A stretch of 32,000 nt of DNA from Halalkalibacterium halodurans. Its GTDB lineage: Bacteria; Bacillota; Bacilli; Bacillales; Bacillaceae_D. Of the stretch, positions 26,016 through 32,000 are shown piece after piece. Location: positions 15,826-47,825 of the forward strand of contig NZ_SNUY01000026.1 in the NCBI RefSeq assembly GCF_004376175.1, written 5' to 3'. Within the stretch, counting starts at the first letter, position 1, and every line of letters begins with the position of its first letter. Position numbers and translations under genes: made by a program. The notes under the pieces are model-generated. The model was not told the DNA's origin, searched no databases, and saw only the letters and a list, made by a program, of their open reading frames with translations.

Positions 26016-26126
26016 GCTTTTGAGCAATTGAAAACTTTGGTGCTGTCATCGCCTGACGGTCTTTTACCTTAATGGATGACTGTGCTATGATGAAGCCAAT
26101 GTTATGTGAGATGGAGAGATGTTTAT

Positions 26127-28313
26127 ATGAGTGTATCACTGGGATTTGAAGAACATACGATCAAAACACTTGCCAAAGAGTTATCATTAAAGCCAAATTA
26201 CATAAAGCAAGTCATTCAATTATTACATGAGGGAAATACAGTCCCGTTTATAGCTCGCTACCGTAAAGAATTGACAGGTGGGATGGATGAAGTCAAAATC
26301 CGAGAAGTATCGGAAAAATGGACCTATGCAAATCAGCTCCATGAGCGAAAGGAAGAAGTTATTCGTCTAGTGGAGGAGCAAGGGAAGTTAACCGATGAAT
26401 GGAAGAAAGCAGTTGAACAAGCACAAAAGCTGCAAGAGGTTGAAGATCTTTACCGCCCATATAAACAAAAACGGCGGACACGTGCGACAGTAGCCAAGGA
26501 GAAAGGGTTAGAGCCTTTGGCGGAATGGCTCTTTTCCTTACCGCGAGATGGTGATCCTTTGCAGGAGGCAGAAGTGTATCTTTCTGTCGAGCACGAGTTA
26601 ACGAAAGTAGAAGACGTCCTTCAAGGGGCACAAGATATTATAGCTGAATGGATCGCTGACGATGCAGATTTGCGGAAGCGCATTCGATCGCTCGGCTTTA
26701 AAGAAGGATCGGTCATAGCAAAAGTTAAAAAAGAAGAGTTGGATGAAAAAGGCGTCTATGAAATGTATTATGACTACGAAGAGCCTGTCCGCACGCTCGT
26801 TCCTCACCGTACGTTAGCGCTCAACCGAGGTGAGAAAGAAGATGTATTGCGAGTAACTATTCGTTTTCCTGTTGATCGAATCATCGAAATGAGTGAAAAA
26901 ACGTTCATACGTCGGTTTGGTTCTCCTGCTGTTCCTTACGTAAAAGCGGCGATTGAAGATGGATACAAACGTTTGATTGTACCTTCGATTGAACGGGAAA
27001 TTCGTCATGAGCTGACAGAAAAAGCAGAAGAGCAAGCCATTCATATTTTTGCTGAAAACTTGCGCAGTCTTCTTTTGCAGCCGCCAATTAAAGGAAAAGT
27101 CGTGCTTGGGTTGGACCCTGCGTACCGTACGGGTTGTAAGCTAGCGATCGTTGATGAGACGGGGAAGGTTCTTGATATCCAAGTCATTTACCCGACGCCG
27201 CCAAGAAATGAAGTAGAAGCGGCAAAAAAAATCGTGAAAAAGTTGATCGCTGATTATGGTGTAGAAATGATTGCGATTGGAAATGGGACAGCCTCTCGTG
27301 AGTCAGAGCAGTTTATTGCGGATTTAATCAAGGATCTACCGCAAACGATCTACTATTTAATCGTAAATGAAGCGGGGGCTAGTGTTTATTCAGCATCTGA
27401 AATCGGACGTGAAGAATTTCCAGATCTGCAAGTAGAGGAACGGAGTGCAGTTTCGATTGCGAGACGACTTCAAGATCCATTGGCGGAATTAGTTAAAATT
27501 GATCCGAAATCCGTTGGAGTGGGTCAGTATCAACACGATGTATCACAAAAAAGGTTAAATGAGTCGCTAACATTTGTCGTCGAAACGGTGGTTAACCAAG
27601 TGGGGGTGAATGTGAATACAGCTTCCCCTTCTTTACTTCAATATGTGGCGGGCTTATCAAAGACGGTTGCGAAAAACATTGTTAAAAAGCGAGAGGAAGC
27701 TGGTCGTTTTACAGCACGGGCACAGTTAAAGGATATTCCGAGATTAGGTGCAAAAACATATGAGCAATGCATTGGTTTCCTCCGTATTATGGATGGAGAT
27801 AATTTATTAGATGCGACAGCCATTCATCCAGAATCCTATAAGGTAACAGGTAAGCTTCTGTCTGAAGTAGGTGCTACCGCTGCTGATGTTGGAACAGAAG
27901 ATTTAAAGAAAAAGCTTCAAGCATTAGATGTATCGGCGATGGCAGCCACATTAGACGTTGGTGTGCCGACACTTAAGGACATGATTGATGCACTCATTCG
28001 GCCGACGAGAGATCCGCGTGATGAAGTGGCAAAGCCTTTACTAAAGCAAGATGTTCTTCAATTAGAAGATCTTTTGCCAGGGATGGAGTTGCAAGGGACC
28101 GTACGGAACGTTGTCGATTTTGGTGTATTTGTTGACATCGGGGTTAAACAAGACGGTCTTGTCCATATTTCAAAATTGGCGAACCGCTATATAAAGCATC
28201 CGTTAGAAGTAGTCACAGTTGGTGAAATTGTAACAGTTTGGGTTGAAGATGTGGATATAAAAAAAGGTCGAATTGCATTAACGATGCTTAGACCAGAGGA
28301 CCAAAACCTGTAA
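26127..28313 (+). CDS. tex: Tex-like transcription accessory protein (YqgF/RuvC-like, HhH, C-terminal S1 domain)
   Basis: Trimmed to the ATG at 26127 (MSVSLGFEEHTI...). 728 aa. FIARYRKE motif near the N-terminus. S1 domain GTVRNVVDFGVFVDIGVKQDGLVHIS at the C-terminus. Syntenic with B. subtilis ydcI. Confidence 0.92.
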   Translation: MSVSLGFEEHTIKTLAKELSLKPNYIKQVIQLLHEGNTVPFIARYRKELTGGMDEVKIREVSEKWTYANQLHERKEEVIRLVEEQGKLTDEWKKAVEQAQKLQEVEDLYRPYKQKRRTRATVAKEKGLEPLAEWLFSLPRDGDPLQEAEVYLSVEHELTKVEDVLQGAQDIIAEWIADDADLRKRIRSLGFKEGSVIAKVKKEELDEKGVYEMYYDYEEPVRTLVPHRTLALNRGEKEDVLRVTIRFPVDRIIEMSEKTFIRRFGSPAVPYVKAAIEDGYKRLIVPSIEREIRHELTEKAEEQAIHIFAENLRSLLLQPPIKGKVVLGLDPAYRTGCKLAIVDETGKVLDIQVIYPTPPRNEVEAAKKIVKKLIADYGVEMIAIGNGTASRESEQFIADLIKDLPQTIYYLIVNEAGASVYSASEIGREEFPDLQVEERSAVSIARRLQDPLAELVKIDPKSVGVGQYQHDVSQKRLNESLTFVVETVVNQVGVNVNTASPSLLQYVAGLSKTVAKNIVKKREEAGRFTARAQLKDIPRLGAKTYEQCIGFLRIMDGDNLLDATAIHPESYKVTGKLLSEVGATAADVGTEDLKKKLQALDVSAMAATLDVGVPTLKDMIDALIRPTRDPRDEVAKPLLKQDVLQLEDLLPGMELQGTVRNVVDFGVFVDIGVKQDGLVHISKLANRYIKHPLEVVTVGEIVTVWVEDVDIKKGRIALTMLRPEDQNL

Positions 28314-28315
28314 AG

Positions 28316-28348
28316 AAGGAAAGGCGTGTATTTCGCCTTTCTTCTTTG
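28316..28348 (+). terminator. Intrinsic terminator after tex
   Basis: Stem GAAAGGCG / CGCCTTTC with a 7-nt loop, followed by TTCTTTG. Confidence 0.65.
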
Positions 28349-28382
28349 ATTATGATAGAAGAGATTTCAACGAGGGTGTAAA

Positions 28383-28517
28383 TCATATGTTTCGTGAAGT
28401 TTGCTTCGGATATTCTTTTTTTTGGTAATAAAACCAACATTGGTTCAACAATTTGACTTTGTAGCGATTTTTATGAGCAAATGCAGTTCGCAATTGGTTG
28501 ATGAGCCAGTTGGGCAT
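28383..28517 (-). CDS. cmpA: Cortex morphogenetic protein CmpA homolog (44 aa), not in the ORF track
   Basis: Minus-strand ATG at 28517 preceded by GGGGAGATGG. Translation: MPNWLINQLRTAFAHKNRYKVKLLNQCWFYYQKKEYPKQTSRNI. It shares MPNWL and KLLNQCW with B. subtilis CmpA as recalled, and occupies the same tex/ydcK intergenic position. Confidence 0.75.
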   Translation of the reverse strand: MPNWLINQLRTAFAHKNRYKVKLLNQCWFYYQKKEYPKQTSRNI

Positions 28518-28608
28518 TTTGCCATCTCCCCTAACGGTATGATCGTATGAAACATTATATGTGATACAGTTTGTCAGTGTTTAACACTATTTTATGGAGG
28601 CGCAGGAT

Positions 28609-29064
28609 ATGACGGAGCAGGAATTGCAACAGTTAGTAGAGGATATTTCCTTAAAGTCATTTGGAATGAAGTTCCGTCACAAGGCACGGTTTAATCCTCG
28701 GCTACGTACAACAGGAGGGCGGTATTTATTGCATGGCCATGATATTGAACTAAACCCGAAGCATCTTGAGCTATTTGGTCTTGACGAACTCATCGGGATC
28801 ATTAAGCATGAATTGTGTCATTATCACTTGCATCTGCAAAAGAAGGGATACCGCCATCGTGATGCAGATTTTAAATTACTATTAAAAGAAGTCGATGCGC
28901 CTCGATACTGTGCCAAAATTCCTCATGCACAGAACAGTGTAAAGACTCGCCATCTCTATGTGTGTACGGGTTGCGGGACAAGGTTTGAACGCAAGCGTAA
29001 GGTTGATACCTCTCGTTATGTTTGCGGAAAATGCAATGGAAGACTAAAAAAAATTAAGGGTTGA
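28609..29064 (+). CDS. ydcK: SprT-like zinc metalloprotease-fold protein (YdcK homolog)
   Basis: ATG at 28609, 8 nt after GGAGG (track start is 28594). 151 aa. HELCHYH zinc motif and a C-terminal CxxC...CxxC ribbon. Confidence 0.88.
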   Translation: MTEQELQQLVEDISLKSFGMKFRHKARFNPRLRTTGGRYLLHGHDIELNPKHLELFGLDELIGIIKHELCHYHLHLQKKGYRHRDADFKLLLKEVDAPRYCAKIPHAQNSVKTRHLYVCTGCGTRFERKRKVDTSRYVCGKCNGRLKKIKG

Positions 29065-29090
29065 TTTTTGAATTTGTCATGTGCTATATT
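29061..29090 (+). promoter_or_regulatory. Candidate upstream (P1) promoter of the tRNA cluster
   Basis: TTGATT (29061-29066), 18-nt spacer, TGcTATATT extended -10 (29082-29090). It is followed by AGAAGTCGCTG, the same string that follows the rrn promoter. Confidence 0.4.
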
Positions 29091-29142
29091 ATAGAAGTCG
29101 CTGAACGAGACACTTGTTTATAAATGAATATTAAAAAGGTCA

Positions 29143-29171
29143 TTGACAGAATGGATGACTTTCTTTAAAAT
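29143..29171 (+). promoter_or_regulatory. Sigma-A promoter (P2) of the tRNA cluster
   Basis: TTGACA (29143-29148), 17-nt spacer, TAAAAT (29166-29171), about 27 nt before tRNA-Asn. Confidence 0.6.
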
Positions 29172-29197
29172 ATAAAAAGTCGAAAGTGAAGAAACAT

Positions 29198-29272
29198 TCC
29201 GCAGTAGCTCAGTGGTAGAGCAATCGGCTGTTAACCGATCGGTCGTAGGTTCGAGTCCTACCTGCGGAGCCA
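29198..29272 (+). tRNA. tRNA-Asn (GTT)
   Basis: Acceptor TCCGCAG/CTGCGGA, anticodon loop CTGTTAA, TPsiC GGTTCGAGTCC, encoded CCA. Confidence 0.93.
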
Positions 29273-29274
29273 AT

Positions 29275-29365
29275 GGAGAAGTACCCAAGTGGCTGAAGGG
29301 GCTCCCCTGCTAAGGGAGTAGGTCGTGTGAGCGGCGCGAGGGTTCAAATCCCTCCTTCTCCGCCA
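29275..29365 (+). tRNA. tRNA-Ser (GCT)
   Basis: Acceptor GGAGAAG/CTTCTCC, anticodon loop CTGCTAA, long variable arm, encoded CCA. Confidence 0.93.
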
Positions 29366-29375
29366 TTTTCAAAAT

Positions 29376-29447
29376 GGCCCGTTGGTCAAGTGGTTAAGAC
29401 ACCGCCCTTTCACGGCGGTAACACGGGTTCGAATCCCGTACGGGTCA
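29376..29447 (+). tRNA. tRNA-Glu (TTC)
   Basis: GGCCCGTTGGTCAAG...CCCTTTCACGG...GGTTCGAATCC...ACGGGTCA. The 3' end reads TCA, so CCA is not encoded. Confidence 0.92.
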
Positions 29448-29483
29448 TCATTTTTAAGGGTGTCTTCGACGCCCTGAGCATTC

Positions 29484-29559
29484 GGAGGATTAGCTCAGCT
29501 GGGAGAGCACCTGCCTTACAAGCAGGGGGTCGGCGGTTCGATCCCGTCATCCTCCACCA
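29484..29559 (+). tRNA. tRNA-Val (TAC)
   Basis: Acceptor GGAGGAT/ATCCTCC, anticodon loop CTTACAA, encoded CCA. Confidence 0.93.
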
Positions 29560-29566
29560 TTTTATT

Positions 29567-29643
29567 GGTCCGGTAGTTCAGTTGGTTAGAATGCCTGCCT
29601 GTCACGCAGGAGGTCGCGGGTTCGAGTCCCGTCCGGACCGCCA
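29567..29643 (+). tRNA. tRNA-Asp (GTC)
   Basis: Acceptor GGTCCGG/CCGGACC, anticodon loop CTGTCAC, encoded CCA. Confidence 0.93.
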
Positions 29644-29670
29644 TTATTTCATTATTTTCAAAGATTCCAT

Positions 29671-29753
29671 GCGGGTGTGGCGGAATTGGCAGACGCGCTA
29701 GACTTAGGATCTAGTGTCCTTGTGACGTGGGGGTTCGACTCCCTTCACCCGCA
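29671..29753 (+). tRNA. tRNA-Leu (TAG)
   Basis: Acceptor GCGGGTG/CACCCGC, anticodon loop CTTAGGA, long variable arm, no encoded CCA. Confidence 0.92.
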
Positions 29754-29768
29754 CTTTTAAATGAATAA

Positions 29769-29853
<85 letters not shown>

Positions 29854-29862
29854 TAGTATAAA

Positions 29863-29939
29863 GCGCCCGTAGCTCAATTGGATAGAGCGTTTGACTACGG
29901 ATCAAAAGGTTAGGGGTTCGACTCCTCTCGGGCGCGCCA
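29863..29939 (+). tRNA. tRNA-Arg (ACG)
   Basis: Acceptor GCGCCCG/CGGGCGC, anticodon loop CTACGGA, encoded CCA. Confidence 0.93.
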
Positions 29940-29959
29940 TGTTTTGAGTGAGAATTGTC

Positions 29960-30036
29960 CGGGAAGTAGCTCAGCTTGGTAGAGCACTTGGTTTGGGACC
30001 AAGGGGTCGCAGGTTCAAATCCTGTCTTCCCGACCA
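29960..30036 (+). tRNA. tRNA-Pro (TGG)
   Basis: Acceptor CGGGAAG/CTTCCCG, anticodon loop TTTGGGA, encoded CCA. Confidence 0.93.
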
Positions 30037-30042
30037 TCATAT

Positions 30043-30116
30043 GCGGGTGTAGTTTAGTGGTAAAACCTCAGCCTTCCAAGCTGATGTCGTGGGTTCGATT
30101 CCCATCACCCGCTCCA
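30043..30116 (+). tRNA. tRNA-Gly (TCC)
   Basis: Acceptor GCGGGTG/CACCCGC, anticodon loop CTTCCAA, encoded CCA. Confidence 0.93.
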
Positions 30117-30155
30117 TAAATGTTATGTAAGGTTTATTTTTTTGCCTTCATTTAT

Positions 30156-30232
<77 letters not shown>

Positions 30233-30245
30233 TAAAAATAAAGTG

Positions 30246-30274
30246 TTGACAAATGATTTGACGCTTGTTATTAT
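30246..30274 (+). promoter_or_regulatory. rrn operon promoter
   Basis: TTGACA (30246-30251), 17-nt spacer, TATTAT (30269-30274), followed by GGAGAAGTCGCTG. Lies about 150 nt upstream of the mature 16S 5' end. Confidence 0.65.
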
Positions 30275-30300
30275 GGAGAAGTCGCTGTTAAACGACTACA

Positions 30301-30316
30301 GTTCTTTGAAAACTGA
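30301..30316 (+). promoter_or_regulatory. rrn leader boxA-like antitermination element
   Basis: GTTCTTTGAAAACTGA matches the TTCTTTGAAAACT string conserved in Bacillus rrn leaders, from memory. Confidence 0.35.
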
Positions 30317-30423
30317 ACAAAAGCCAAGCGAAATAAAGAGATACAAGGTATCTCGTCAATTTACTTCATTATATGAAGTGTCGCAGGAAACAACATCCTG
30401 TGAAATATGAGCTTTATCAAACT

Positions 30424-31976
<1,553 letters not shown>

Positions 31977-32000
31977 CGGAGTTTTTAACTCTAGTCGACC

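Overview
This is a Bacillaceae chromosomal core segment. The right two-thirds is colinear with the Bacillus subtilis region ydcA(rhomboid)-acpS-ydcC-alr-ndoAI/ndoA(mazEF)-rsbR-rsbS-rsbT-rsbU-rsbV-rsbW-sigB-rsbX-ydcI(tex)-cmpA-ydcK(sprT-like). It then runs into an 11-gene tRNA cluster and a complete 16S rRNA gene at the start of an rrn operon. The left third has three parts. (i) A cobalamin-riboswitch-controlled class I ribonucleotide reductase operon. (ii) A minus-strand block: GNAT acetyltransferase, HemAT-type globin-coupled chemoreceptor, SDR oxidoreductase, DUF1292 protein, HxlR-type regulator and MgtE. (iii) A metal-homeostasis block: three promoters with Fur boxes drive a Fe3+-type ABC importer (ATPase, then binding lipoprotein plus fused permease) and a small Cys-rich DUF2325-like protein, followed by an orphan TroA/PsaA-type metal-binding lipoprotein. 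Many ORF-track starts were trimmed to the first start codon with a Shine-Dalgarno (SD) sequence. Three plausible genes under 60 aa are missing from the track, including a clear cmpA homolog. I found no transposases, integrases, CRISPR arrays or defence islands beyond the conserved mazEF pair, and I do not see a convincing novel multi-gene system. The items most worth checking are the B12 riboswitch on a cone-less, nrdI-less RNR operon, the mgtE leader terminator without an M-box, the double-Fur-box DUF2325 gene, the orphan metal-binding protein, and the unlisted small ORFs. All calls come from reading the sequence and recalling family motifs; no searches were run.
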